The notes below the pieces were generated by a model. It made no database searches and was not told the origin of the DNA. It saw only the letters and a list, made by a program, of their open reading frames with translations. Made by a program: the position numbers and the translations under genes. A stretch of 26,889 nt of DNA, from the IMG/VR virus record IMGVR_UViG_3300009159_002843, positions 1 to 26,889 of that record; one strand, written 5' to 3'. This DNA comes from a virus (taxonomy: Duplodnaviria > Caudoviricetes). Positions 1 through 8,769 of the stretch are shown here, one piece after another. How positions within the stretch are numbered: position 1 is the stretch's first letter; each line of letters begins with the position of its first letter.

Positions 1-716
1 CCACACATCCTGCATTTTAAATTACATACGTTACTAGCACGAAAATCTAAATAACGTAATTTGAAATCCTCAACAGTGCCATCATCTTTGGTTTTTTCTA
101 TTAAAGAAAGATGCTGTGAAAATTGTTGATTGGCTCCTTGTCTAGCAGAAGGTAGATGAGCGTCTTCCTTCGCCCAACAGACAGAACAAATACTTGGTCT
201 TTGTCCAGACAACATCTGTGATCTTACAGTTTTCATAGCATCAGAGTTGGCAATTTCTTGTAATGGGGTATCTGATACTTTACCCAAAGGATAGTTTTCA
301 TTAAATTCGCAACAGGTTCCTACAACTCCTTGTGGATTGATGTATAAGTGCATCCAAGGCAAAATGCATACACTATCGCCAGACCGGAGTATTTTTTTAA
401 ATTCACCGCTGATAAATTCATAAGATAATACAGATTCAAACGGGCAATATAATTCTTTAATTTTTTCTAAATCTTCTTGTATTTTTTTATTGGTGGTTGA
501 AATAGTAACAAAAAAATTAGGAAAATCTAATAATGTTAATAATTCTTGCAATTTTGAAATAGCGATACCCGGAGAATCAACATTATAATATTGGTCAGAT
601 GTATAGCTAACAGTTATATTAAAATCGTCCGGTAATACATCCTGTTTAATATTTTTTAATTCATCATACAACCATTTATCACCTTTTGAAAAATAATCTC
701 CTAGGTTAATGATCAT
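1..716 (-). CDS. Radical SAM protein with an N-terminal twitch/SPASM-type Fe-S domain (partial, runs off the window start)
   Basis: Not in the ORF track; translated by hand. The ATG at 716-714 overlaps the gp47 stop (ATGA) and the frame stays open to base 1. Translation: MIINLGDYFSKGDKWLYDELK...SVCILPWMHLYINPQGVVGTCC...ICSVCWAKE...LRYLDFRASNVCNLKCRMC. This gives twitch-type cysteines followed by the CxxxCxxC radical SAM motif. Confidence 0.9.
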   Translation of the reverse strand, partial: MIINLGDYFSKGDKWLYDELKNIKQDVLPDDFNITVSYTSDQYYNVDSPGIAISKLQELLTLLDFPNFFVTISTTNKKIQEDLEKIKELYCPFESVLSYEFISGEFKKILRSGDSVCILPWMHLYINPQGVVGTCCEFNENYPLGKVSDTPLQEIANSDAMKTVRSQMLSGQRPSICSVCWAKEDAHLPSARQGANQQFSQHLSLIEKTKDDGTVEDFKLRYLDFRASNVCNLKCRMC

Positions 717-1729
717 AGATGTCTATAGATATCTAATAATAAATTTGGATCATAGTGATCACTGGCGATGTTAGTTAATTGACTAGTTACGATACTGTCA
801 ATGCTTTCAAATTTGATATTGCCTAGCATAATGTCAGACCCAATGTCTGCATTCTTAACTGGCAGTAGAGTTAATTCACGTAGTTGATATGTACCAACAA
901 ATGTTTCTTTAATAAAAGTTGCTTCTTCGTAGCTGATGTCGATATCAAGATTAACACGACAGTGCATGTTTGGTAATAGTAGTGTTTCTGGTGTTTTAAG
1001 AACATCACTGAGATTATACACACGATATCTAGGTTGTCCTGGCCAAGTGCGGAACATAGGATCTTGCCCCCATTCAATAATCATCATACCACGATCGTCA
1101 TCACCAGCATCAGCATAATTGTGTGGGAAACAATTACCCATATAGGTAATATTACCACGTGTCTGACGTTTATGGAAGTGTCCTGTGAATACTTTCTCTA
1201 CACCGTTGAAAGCACCTTCTTTGATTTCTCCAGTGTCTGGCATAGCAACCATGGCATTCATATAGAAGTGTGGTAGTTCCAAATGCCCAAACATGTACTT
1301 GGCTGAAATCTTGCCTAGTTTCTTGTGATCATCGCCAACTAGCCAAGGAACGATACTGACATCACCTTCTTTGTAGAAGTCGTTGATGATCTCAATGTTG
1401 GGAATATGACGCGCCCACTCAGCTGATTGGATATCACGTTTATCTCTATAGTATAAGTCGTGATTGCCTGGAATAAAGAACACACGATCAAATGCTTTGC
1501 CCAATAATTCCAAGGCAGTAAGACTATAGTTCAATGTGACTATGTTGATCGCCGCACGATTGTTGTGCCAGTCACCCGTCATGAAACAAGTATCACAGCC
1601 TTCAGCTCGGGCGGTTTCTATAAACCATTTGACAAAGTTAAGACAATCGTCGTTGTGTGTGCTGCTGTTACTCTTAAGGCCGAAGTGAATGTCAGTGAGA
1701 ACTGCTGCTTTCTTAAATAGATTAGCCAT
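713..1729 (-). CDS. gp47: Recombination endonuclease subunit, T4 gp47-like (Mre11/SbcD metallophosphoesterase)
   Basis: All five phosphoesterase motifs are present: DIHFG, GDWH, GNHD, GHLE, GHFH. The protein is 338 aa and lies downstream of a gp55-like gene, as in T4-like phages. Confidence 0.93.
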   Translation of the reverse strand: MANLFKKAAVLTDIHFGLKSNSSTHNDDCLNFVKWFIETARAEGCDTCFMTGDWHNNRAAINIVTLNYSLTALELLGKAFDRVFFIPGNHDLYYRDKRDIQSAEWARHIPNIEIINDFYKEGDVSIVPWLVGDDHKKLGKISAKYMFGHLELPHFYMNAMVAMPDTGEIKEGAFNGVEKVFTGHFHKRQTRGNITYMGNCFPHNYADAGDDDRGMMIIEWGQDPMFRTWPGQPRYRVYNLSDVLKTPETLLLPNMHCRVNLDIDISYEEATFIKETFVGTYQLRELTLLPVKNADIGSDIMLGNIKFESIDSIVTSQLTNIASDHYDPNLLLDIYRHL

Positions 1730-1735
1730 AGTTAT

Positions 1736-1764
1736 ATTATACGCAAGTTAAAAGTAAAGTGCAA
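1736..1764 (-). promoter_or_regulatory. Sigma70-type promoter for gp47, probably giving a leaderless mRNA
   Basis: Minus strand TTGCAC (1764-1759), 17 nt spacer, TATAAT (1741-1736). Only 6 nt separate it from the ATG at 1729, and there is no Shine-Dalgarno. Confidence 0.75.
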
Positions 1765-1779
1765 ATCTTATGTTGCCAA

Positions 1780-2664
1780 TTATTCTTCATAATGTCCACC
1801 ACCAGCACCCCAATCACCTTGACGTGTGTAGCTTGGTGAATAATTGTTCATCTCCAAAATATCATCACGGATATTTTGATTACGTTTTTCTATGTTTAAT
1901 ACACGGGTAAAGCTGTTAGTAATAGCCGCTGTGTAATAAGCAAATGGATTTTGACTTTTAGCTTCATCAAACTGTAGGCCAATTTGGCTTAACTGTAGCA
2001 ATGCTTGACTACGCATTTCGTCGTTGTAGGTATACCCACGCCAGTTACTACGAGTAGCATAGCGTTCACATAACTTGATAAACATGTGAGCTAGTTTAGC
2101 AGTCATGTTACCGTGATCTTTTGTGAATTTACCCTTTTCGATGCCACCTTTCCAGTGACTGATCCCTACTAGTACAGGAGTGCCTGCTTCGTCTACACGA
2201 TAATGTTTAAACGGAGGGAAATTAACTTTGGTATACTTAGTAGCACCTTTAACTACAACGGGTTCATCATACTCGGTTTCAAAATTTTCTTCATCAGCAT
2301 CGTATTCTTCTTGTGCTTTGGCGTCAGCTTTTTTCTGTTTGATGTCATCGATTGGTATATGTTCCCAGGTCATAACACGGAATACTACTTCAGTTTGGGG
2401 GATATCCTTGGTAGCTGTTAGGTATTCGTCTAGTTTTTTCTTAATGCCGTTTAGTAGATCTACTTCTTGTGCTTCTTTAGCTAGTCGCTCTGCGCGAGAT
2501 TTACGTGCTTCTTGGATAGCTTTTTTAGTGATTTTGTCTACGCCAGTTATTATACTGTCATAACTTTTTACACTATCATCAATAAAACTACAGTACGTAA
2601 GTTTACTCTTGTGAATCTCTTTTAGTATATCTTTATTATTGAGGTAGTTTACCTTTCTGGTCAT
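1780..2664 (-). CDS. gp55: Late transcription sigma factor, T4 gp55-like, enlarged by an internal insertion
   Basis: The N-terminal NYLNNKDILKEI and the core LCERYATRSNWRGYTYNDEM...FDEAKSQNPFAYYTAAITNSF match gp55 hallmarks (NYVNNK, NFxGYT, NPxAYxT). An RBS AAAGGA lies upstream. Confidence 0.9.
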   Translation of the reverse strand: MTRKVNYLNNKDILKEIHKSKLTYCSFIDDSVKSYDSIITGVDKITKKAIQEARKSRAERLAKEAQEVDLLNGIKKKLDEYLTATKDIPQTEVVFRVMTWEHIPIDDIKQKKADAKAQEEYDADEENFETEYDEPVVVKGATKYTKVNFPPFKHYRVDEAGTPVLVGISHWKGGIEKGKFTKDHGNMTAKLAHMFIKLCERYATRSNWRGYTYNDEMRSQALLQLSQIGLQFDEAKSQNPFAYYTAAITNSFTRVLNIEKRNQNIRDDILEMNNYSPSYTRQGDWGAGGGHYEE

Positions 2665-2690
2665 CGTTAAGTTTCCTTTTAACTACTACT

Positions 2691-2719
2691 ATTATATAGC
2701 CTATAAATACACTATACAA
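2691..2719 (-). promoter_or_regulatory. Sigma70-type promoter for gp55
   Basis: Minus strand TTGTAT (2719-2714), 17 nt spacer, TATAAT (2696-2691), upstream of the gp55 RBS and ATG. Confidence 0.65.
2702..2709 (+). promoter_or_regulatory. T4-type late promoter for the baseplate operon
   Basis: Exact TATAAATA in the intergenic region, 26 nt before the ATG at 2736. Confidence 0.8.
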
Positions 2720-2735
2720 GAGGCTTTTGATAAAA

Positions 2736-3971
2736 ATGGCAGATTATAACGCAGACGGGTATGTAGTATCTCCTACAACAACACCACAACCAGCAAGTAC
2801 CCCGTATACTGCGGCACCTGCGCCTAATTACAGCACAGCAGGTGGATACGTTCCTGGTGAAATTGGTTCTACGGGTGGCGGTTATGATCCTGATAATCCC
2901 AGTTATGGTAATCAAGCTAATTCAATTGGTGGTGATGTAGCGGTTACACCTAGTTACAGCACAGCACCAGATTTCAGTGGTCAGACCAATGGATATGATC
3001 CCAACACTGAGGAATCAATTGGTGGAGGATACGACCCCAGCCTGGCAGGACTCAGTGATCCTAGTAACGCAAGACTAGGTGCCAGCGGCCTACTACCTGG
3101 CGGTAGTAACAGCAATGCTCCAGTAAAACCCAGCGTGGCATTCCAGAGTGTCAACGGACCAAAAGGTACAGCATCAGCCAGTGCCAATGATTGGCGTGTG
3201 CGTATTAGTCTAGCTGATCGTGCTACTATATTCTACAAAGATCCATCTAACACTAATAGTCTGATGGCTCCGTTGATTACGACCAATGGTGTAATATTTC
3301 CGTATACTCCACAGATCAGTATTAATCACGTGGCACACTATAGCCCATCAACTCCTACTCACAGCAATTACCCAATACAATTCTACAACAACAGTGAAGT
3401 CAGTGATATCAGTATTTCGGGAGAGTTTACAGTACAGAGTGTAGAAGAAGGACAGTATCTCATGGCTGCTATCTATTTTTTCCGCTCAGCAACTAAGATG
3501 TTTTTTGGCAGTGGAGCCAATACTGGAAATCCACCACCAGTGGTATTTTTAGATGGATACGGCAGTCACTATTTCCCACATGTGCCCTGCGTAGTCAGCA
3601 GCTTTCAACATGTGTTGTCAAATGAAGTAGACTATATTTCTGTACCTATTACCACTACTACTCTAGCAGACGTCAACGTACAAAATGATAATATGAATAT
3701 TGGATCTGTGCAGTTATCTGCCGAAGAACAACAGTATGTGCCAAGTTTGTTAAAAAGTTCAGCAGCCAATCAAAACCCTAGCAAGCAGATTACCCGTACA
3801 CAGTTTCAAAGTATAACCGAAAATACTCGTGTGCCAACATCAAGTACAATTACTATTACACTAAAACCTGTTTACAGTCGCGCAGGCCTGCATGATCGAT
3901 TTAATTTAGATAAATTTGCCAGCGGTGTACTGTTACAAGACAGAAACAAAGGATATGGAGGATTTATCTAA
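2736..3971 (+). CDS. Baseplate tail-tube initiator/cap-like protein (gp48/gp54-like) with a low-complexity N-terminal extension
   Basis: ATG 2736 is preferred over TTG 2727 (AAGAGG at 2718-2723). The C-terminal region VIFPYTPQISI...ISISGEFTVQ...GNPPPVVFLDGYG...PCVVSSF resembles tube-initiator domains. The gene directly precedes a LysM gene. Confidence 0.6.
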   Translation: MADYNADGYVVSPTTTPQPASTPYTAAPAPNYSTAGGYVPGEIGSTGGGYDPDNPSYGNQANSIGGDVAVTPSYSTAPDFSGQTNGYDPNTEESIGGGYDPSLAGLSDPSNARLGASGLLPGGSNSNAPVKPSVAFQSVNGPKGTASASANDWRVRISLADRATIFYKDPSNTNSLMAPLITTNGVIFPYTPQISINHVAHYSPSTPTHSNYPIQFYNNSEVSDISISGEFTVQSVEEGQYLMAAIYFFRSATKMFFGSGANTGNPPPVVFLDGYGSHYFPHVPCVVSSFQHVLSNEVDYISVPITTTTLADVNVQNDNMNIGSVQLSAEEQQYVPSLLKSSAANQNPSKQITRTQFQSITENTRVPTSSTITITLKPVYSRAGLHDRFNLDKFASGVLLQDRNKGYGGFI

Positions 3972-4279
3972 TGGCATCATCTGTAACATATAATAAAACC
4001 AGCCCTTACAGCCAAACTCAGACGTATTCATTCTTTTTGGATGTGGCTAATATTCCTGAAATCCCCTACTATCCGGGTGATGTACAGTATCAAATTGACA
4101 TAATATACACTAATCGTCCAGACTTATTGGCCTATGACCTGTACGGTGATGCAGCCCTGTGGTGGGTATTTGCCGCACGTAATCCTAATATCATACAAGA
4201 CCCAATATTTGATTTTACACCAAATGCTACCATTTACATTCCTAAAAAAGAAACATTAATAACAGTATTAGGATTATAA
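3971..4279 (+). CDS. gp53: Baseplate wedge LysM-like protein, T4 gp53-like
   Basis: RPDLLAYDLYGDAALWWVFAARNP...IYIP is the gp53/P2 gpX LysM signature. The gene overlaps the upstream stop (TAATG). Confidence 0.85.
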   Translation: MASSVTYNKTSPYSQTQTYSFFLDVANIPEIPYYPGDVQYQIDIIYTNRPDLLAYDLYGDAALWWVFAARNPNIIQDPIFDFTPNATIYIPKKETLITVLGL

Positions 4280-4282
4280 CCA

Positions 4283-7078
4283 ATGACTCAAGCACCTGCT
4301 GCCAGCGTAAACAATAATGCTCGTAATGCTGTACAATATTTAATTGACCAGGGATGGTCACCTGTGCAGGCTGCAGGTATAGTTGGAAATTTCCAAGCAG
4401 AATCTGGTGTCTATCTTGACCCAAAAGCCGTAGGAGATGGAGGAGCTGCCTACGGAATCGCACAATGGCAAGCCCCTAGACAAGCAGATTTCCAACGCTT
4501 GTATGGTAAACCCATACAAGGCAGCAGTGTCACTGAGCAGCTAGCTTTTGTCAATTGGGAATTAAATAATACTGAAAAATCTGCTGGTGATAGAATTCGA
4601 GCCACAACTAATGCGGCTGATGCGGCTAGAATAACAGATCAATACTACGAAAGATCTTCGGGTGTTGCTCAACAACGACGTGTACAGTATGCCAATGCAC
4701 TAAACACTGATCCTGGTGCAGCTACTCCGGCACCTGGTCTTACAGCAACAGAGCAAGGACTAGTCAGCGGAAAATTAAAACCTGGGCAGATAATAGATCC
4801 TGGATCAGGCAAAATTATCAATGAAGCATCAAAATCAGATCAACTCAAATCCGGAGTACTTGGTGGTACGCCGTATAATCCCAACGCCAGTGTATTAACG
4901 GGATTTGGCACACCCGATTCTGTTGATGTCAGCCAACCATTGAGAAATATCCTGCATGATTATGCTAGCTATACCTATGGACTAAGCCTACACCTATTAA
5001 GTGCTGAAGAATACAATAATATAATAACAGGCAGCCCTTATAGACCCAATCGAGTATTGATCGCCAGTGCCGGTAGATATAATAATACCCAAAGTGCGAA
5101 TCAGTTCATACGCAGTCCATATTTTGCCGACGACTTTTACTTTGAAGATTTTTCAATGACCACAGTCATAGGTACTAATGCAGTATCACGCAATACCAAT
5201 GCCATAGAAATAAAATTCACCATAATTGAACCTTATGGCATGACCTTGATCAATCGACTACTGGATCAGGCCAACGATCCAGAACTAAACTGTTCAAACT
5301 ATCTTGACATGGTTTACCTGATTCAAATTGATTTTTTTGGAATAGATGACACCGGTGAAATCATAGGGGTAGTTCCTGGCATCACTAAACGTATGCCTGT
5401 CAAGCTCACACAGATGGACATCAATGCTGGAATTAAAGGATCTACATACGTAGTATCAGCAGTGCCCTATAATCATTCAGCATTTGAATCCACGACAGTT
5501 AGCACACCTGCAAATTTTGAAGTAGCAGCGGGTACGGTGGGTGAGATGTTTCAATCAGGCGGCCCTAGCAATAAAAGTTTTGCTGACGCACTAAATGGAT
5601 GGAATCAGGATCTAGCTAAAAACAATAAAATAGGAGTCCCTGATACCTATAGTTTTAATATTGATCCTCGTATATCGCAGTCAGCATTCAGTAGCAGTAC
5701 CGAACTTACTTCGCGTGACAGCAGCATGGTCATGGTTAACGACACAGTGTCTATCAGGCAGAGTAATGTAGGTAATGCCACCAAAGATTTTAATCTAACA
5801 CAGCGCAACATGAGTCTCAATGCCGGCACCAGCATCGACAAGGTGCTTGACTATGCGATACGTAACAGTGATTACGTACAAAATCAAATGGCTATACCTG
5901 ATGGAATAGATCCACAGGCCTATCTACAACAAAGAGCACAGAATGAAAATCAACCACTGAACTGGTACAAGATCACTCCACAAGTTAGCCTGGGACAGTT
6001 TGATCCTGTGCGCAAAGTCTATGCCCGCAACATCACCTACAATGTTAATCCTTATGTGATCTACAATGTCAAAAGTGACATAGCACCGCAGGGCAAGGCT
6101 ACGAATTTTGTTAAAGAATACAACTACATCTATACCGGACAAAATGATGATGTATTAAATTTTGATATTAATTTTAATACTCTATACTATACAGCACAGA
6201 CAGCTTATAGATCAGCATTGACTGATATTTTTAAAGCATCAGACACAGTGCAGACACCAAACTCAACCCAAACTCAAAATTCTGGTGCATATAAGGGTTC
6301 GGCTCAACGTGCTAACAGTGTTATGCCAATGGTCATGAAACCACAGGTCTACAATGCTAAATCACGTGCTACTGGTGGCGGTGTTACCGCAAAAAGTGTA
6401 GCAGTAGCTGACTTAGAAGACAGCTTGATGACCTTGAGCCAAGCAGACATGTTGAATGTACAGCTGACTATAGTAGGTGATCCGCAGTTTATCAAACAAG
6501 ATGATATATTTTATACACCAGCACAGAGTGTCAGCGCAGGAGATCCAAGATTAACTCCAAACGGTAGTCTACGCACAGACTACAGTGAGATATATGTCAG
6601 CCTAATGTTCCGCACACCAACAGACATAGATGAAAGCACAGGCATGATGAAATTCAACGACAACTATCGCACCAGTGTGTTTAGTGGATTATACAAAGTA
6701 TTAACAGTAGCAAGCGAATTTAAAAACGGACAGTTTACTCAGCAATTAAATTTAATTCGTTTACCGTATCAACCTAATTATGACTATGTAAATCAACCAC
6801 AGACCAGTTCAGAACAGCGCAACAGTGACATTACTCCGGATAATGCTGCGATCATTGGGGCAACTAAAAATGCTCCTCTTAATATTGGGAAATCGCCCAA
6901 TCTGCCTGCTAATGACGCTAATCCAGCTAGATTACAACCAATCTCAGACACACTCCAAGCTGGTGTCAATATTCTAACAAAAACTCAAGTGGATCTAGCA
7001 CAAGTAAATAACACTGCACTAACAAAGATCATCAACAGCACCAATCAACCAGTGCAGGTTAGTAATTTAATTACATAA
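4283..7078 (+). CDS. Baseplate hub protein (gp27/Mu gp44-like) with an N-terminal phage tail lysozyme domain
   Basis: Residues ~13-141 (AAGIVGNFQAES...YGIAQW...QLAFVNWEL...YYER) fit a Phage_lysozyme2-type domain. The C-terminal LTIVGDP and FSGLYKVLTVASEFKNGQFTQQLNL are hub-like. The gene sits between gp53 and gp5. Confidence 0.72.
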   Translation: MTQAPAASVNNNARNAVQYLIDQGWSPVQAAGIVGNFQAESGVYLDPKAVGDGGAAYGIAQWQAPRQADFQRLYGKPIQGSSVTEQLAFVNWELNNTEKSAGDRIRATTNAADAARITDQYYERSSGVAQQRRVQYANALNTDPGAATPAPGLTATEQGLVSGKLKPGQIIDPGSGKIINEASKSDQLKSGVLGGTPYNPNASVLTGFGTPDSVDVSQPLRNILHDYASYTYGLSLHLLSAEEYNNIITGSPYRPNRVLIASAGRYNNTQSANQFIRSPYFADDFYFEDFSMTTVIGTNAVSRNTNAIEIKFTIIEPYGMTLINRLLDQANDPELNCSNYLDMVYLIQIDFFGIDDTGEIIGVVPGITKRMPVKLTQMDINAGIKGSTYVVSAVPYNHSAFESTTVSTPANFEVAAGTVGEMFQSGGPSNKSFADALNGWNQDLAKNNKIGVPDTYSFNIDPRISQSAFSSSTELTSRDSSMVMVNDTVSIRQSNVGNATKDFNLTQRNMSLNAGTSIDKVLDYAIRNSDYVQNQMAIPDGIDPQAYLQQRAQNENQPLNWYKITPQVSLGQFDPVRKVYARNITYNVNPYVIYNVKSDIAPQGKATNFVKEYNYIYTGQNDDVLNFDINFNTLYYTAQTAYRSALTDIFKASDTVQTPNSTQTQNSGAYKGSAQRANSVMPMVMKPQVYNAKSRATGGGVTAKSVAVADLEDSLMTLSQADMLNVQLTIVGDPQFIKQDDIFYTPAQSVSAGDPRLTPNGSLRTDYSEIYVSLMFRTPTDIDESTGMMKFNDNYRTSVFSGLYKVLTVASEFKNGQFTQQLNLIRLPYQPNYDYVNQPQTSSEQRNSDITPDNAAIIGATKNAPLNIGKSPNLPANDANPARLQPISDTLQAGVNILTKTQVDLAQVNNTALTKIINSTNQPVQVSNLIT

Positions 7079-7087
7079 GGATAAAGT

Positions 7088-8332
7088 ATGGCAATTGATT
7101 TTAGAATGGGAACCAAGATACTTAAAAATCTGCAGGCCAGTATGGCTCCTGCAACCAGTATCAATCCCTATCCTTATGTAGGTGTAGTTAAGAATAATCT
7201 TGATCCTACACGGTGTGGTCGCGTACAGGTTTATATTCCGGAACTAGGCGGCAACCCCGACGATCAAGCCAATTGGCGCACAGTTAGTTATGCTAGTCCA
7301 TTTATGGGCTATACCAGTACAGAAATAAAATCAGCCGACATTCCCGACTCAAAAAATGCCTTTGGTGATGTTAGCCACACCTATGGTATGTGGATGGTGC
7401 CGCCCGATATAGGTGTAGAAGTTATTTGTATATTTGTTGCTGGTGACCCTATGCGTGGTTACTGGATAGCATGTGTTAACAGTAATCTAAGTCGACACAT
7501 GTTGCCTGGTTTAGCTGGTAGTCGTAATGTTGACTCATCGGCAGCATCAGCAAACGCCCTAGCCAGTTATACATCTGGTAACACTGTGCCTGTGGTTGAA
7601 TTCAATGAAAATATATCACAAAATATTACAAATAGCAATTTTTATAACATACCCAAACCTATACACGAAATACAGTATGCTTTATTAAAAAATCAAGGCC
7701 TAGACAAAGATTCTACACGTGGTACTATATCCAGTTCAAGCCAACGTGAAACTCCCAGCCAGGTATTTGGTATCAGCACTCCCGGCCGCCCTACAAACGA
7801 TCCGGCAGATGATCCTACATACATATCTAAATTAAATGCAGGCACTTTGACCGAAGACTACTACCGTGTTAAATCACGCAAAGGTGGACATCAGTTTGTT
7901 ATGGATGACGGTAGCGTATTGGGAGTAGACCAATTAGTACGTCTACGTACGGCTAGTGGGCATCAGATACTCATGCATGACACCGAAGAAACAATCTATA
8001 TTAGTCATGCTAAAGGCAACAGTTGGATTGAATTAACTGCTGATGGAAGTATCAATATCTACGGTAAAAACGGATTCAATCTACGCAGCGAAGGTAATAT
8101 TAACATCCATAGTGATCAAAATATCAACATGAACGCACAGGGCAATATCAACATGCGTACACACGGTAATGCGGTGATGTTGTTTACTAACGCAATAAGT
8201 AATTCTACAAAGATAAATTCCTTATCTGACACTTATTTTAACGCCAACACAGGCACTTGGTATAACCAAGCTAATAGTATTTCTACTATCGCTACCGTGG
8301 CTCCGACGCACGAGCCGTTTATTAGAGGATAA
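7088..8332 (+). CDS. gp5: Baseplate central spike, gp5/VgrG-like (OB fold plus short beta-helix, no lysozyme)
   Basis: OB-fold motif GVVKNNLDPTRCGRVQVYIP...GMWMVPPDIGVEVICIF. Beta-strand repeats GHQFVMDD, GHQILMHD and NINI/NINM. RBS AAGGA. Confidence 0.85.
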   Translation: MAIDFRMGTKILKNLQASMAPATSINPYPYVGVVKNNLDPTRCGRVQVYIPELGGNPDDQANWRTVSYASPFMGYTSTEIKSADIPDSKNAFGDVSHTYGMWMVPPDIGVEVICIFVAGDPMRGYWIACVNSNLSRHMLPGLAGSRNVDSSAASANALASYTSGNTVPVVEFNENISQNITNSNFYNIPKPIHEIQYALLKNQGLDKDSTRGTISSSSQRETPSQVFGISTPGRPTNDPADDPTYISKLNAGTLTEDYYRVKSRKGGHQFVMDDGSVLGVDQLVRLRTASGHQILMHDTEETIYISHAKGNSWIELTADGSINIYGKNGFNLRSEGNINIHSDQNINMNAQGNINMRTHGNAVMLFTNAISNSTKINSLSDTYFNANTGTWYNQANSISTIATVAPTHEPFIRG

Positions 8333-8335
8333 GTA
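8329..8335 (+). promoter_or_regulatory. Possible late promoter variant (ATAAGTA) before gp25
   Basis: One mismatch to ATAAATA. It overlaps the gp5 stop and lies 5 nt before the gp25 ATG. Confidence 0.35.
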
Positions 8336-8340
8336 TAGTT

Positions 8341-8718
8341 ATGGCCATTATATATAAAGGATTTAGCACAGTAGGACGAACAAAGAATTATCGTCTGACT
8401 GATTTTGACCTAGTAAAACAGGATATACTCAATCATTTTTATATCCGTAAAGGCGAAAAGCTGATGAATCCTAAATTTGGCACTATCATCTGGAACGTAT
8501 TACACGAACCCTTTACAGATGACTTAAAATCAGTGATACAAGAAGATATTAAAAGTATTGCTAGTTATGATCCTCGTGTGAGCTTTGACAATATAGTAGT
8601 TACAGAATATGATCAAGGTATACAAATCCTCTTGGAGCTGCGTTATCTACAGACCGATCAATCAAGTTTAATGAATTTACAATTTGATAATAGCAATAAA
8701 ACCCTTACCCTCAAGTAA
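8341..8718 (+). CDS. gp25: Baseplate wedge / sheath initiator, T4 gp25-like
   Basis: DILNHFYIRKGEKLMNPKFGTII...IASYDPRV matches the gp25/GPW signature; 125 aa. Confidence 0.92.
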   Translation: MAIIYKGFSTVGRTKNYRLTDFDLVKQDILNHFYIRKGEKLMNPKFGTIIWNVLHEPFTDDLKSVIQEDIKSIASYDPRVSFDNIVVTEYDQGIQILLELRYLQTDQSSLMNLQFDNSNKTLTLK

Positions 8719-8741
8719 TTAACTACGCATATATTTTTCCT

Positions 8742-8749
8742 GATAAATA
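8742..8749 (+). promoter_or_regulatory. Late promoter (GATAAATA) for gp6
   Basis: ATAAATA core in the 51-nt intergenic gap, followed by an AGGA RBS and the ATG at 8770. Confidence 0.7.
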
Positions 8750-8769
8750 CTTAATATTAGGAAATAACG

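Noticed and set aside
2736-3110. GYDP repeats as a RiPP precursor for the radical SAM enzyme
   Set aside because: They are fused to a structural protein in a separate, divergent late operon, with no leader/core structure or peptidase nearby.
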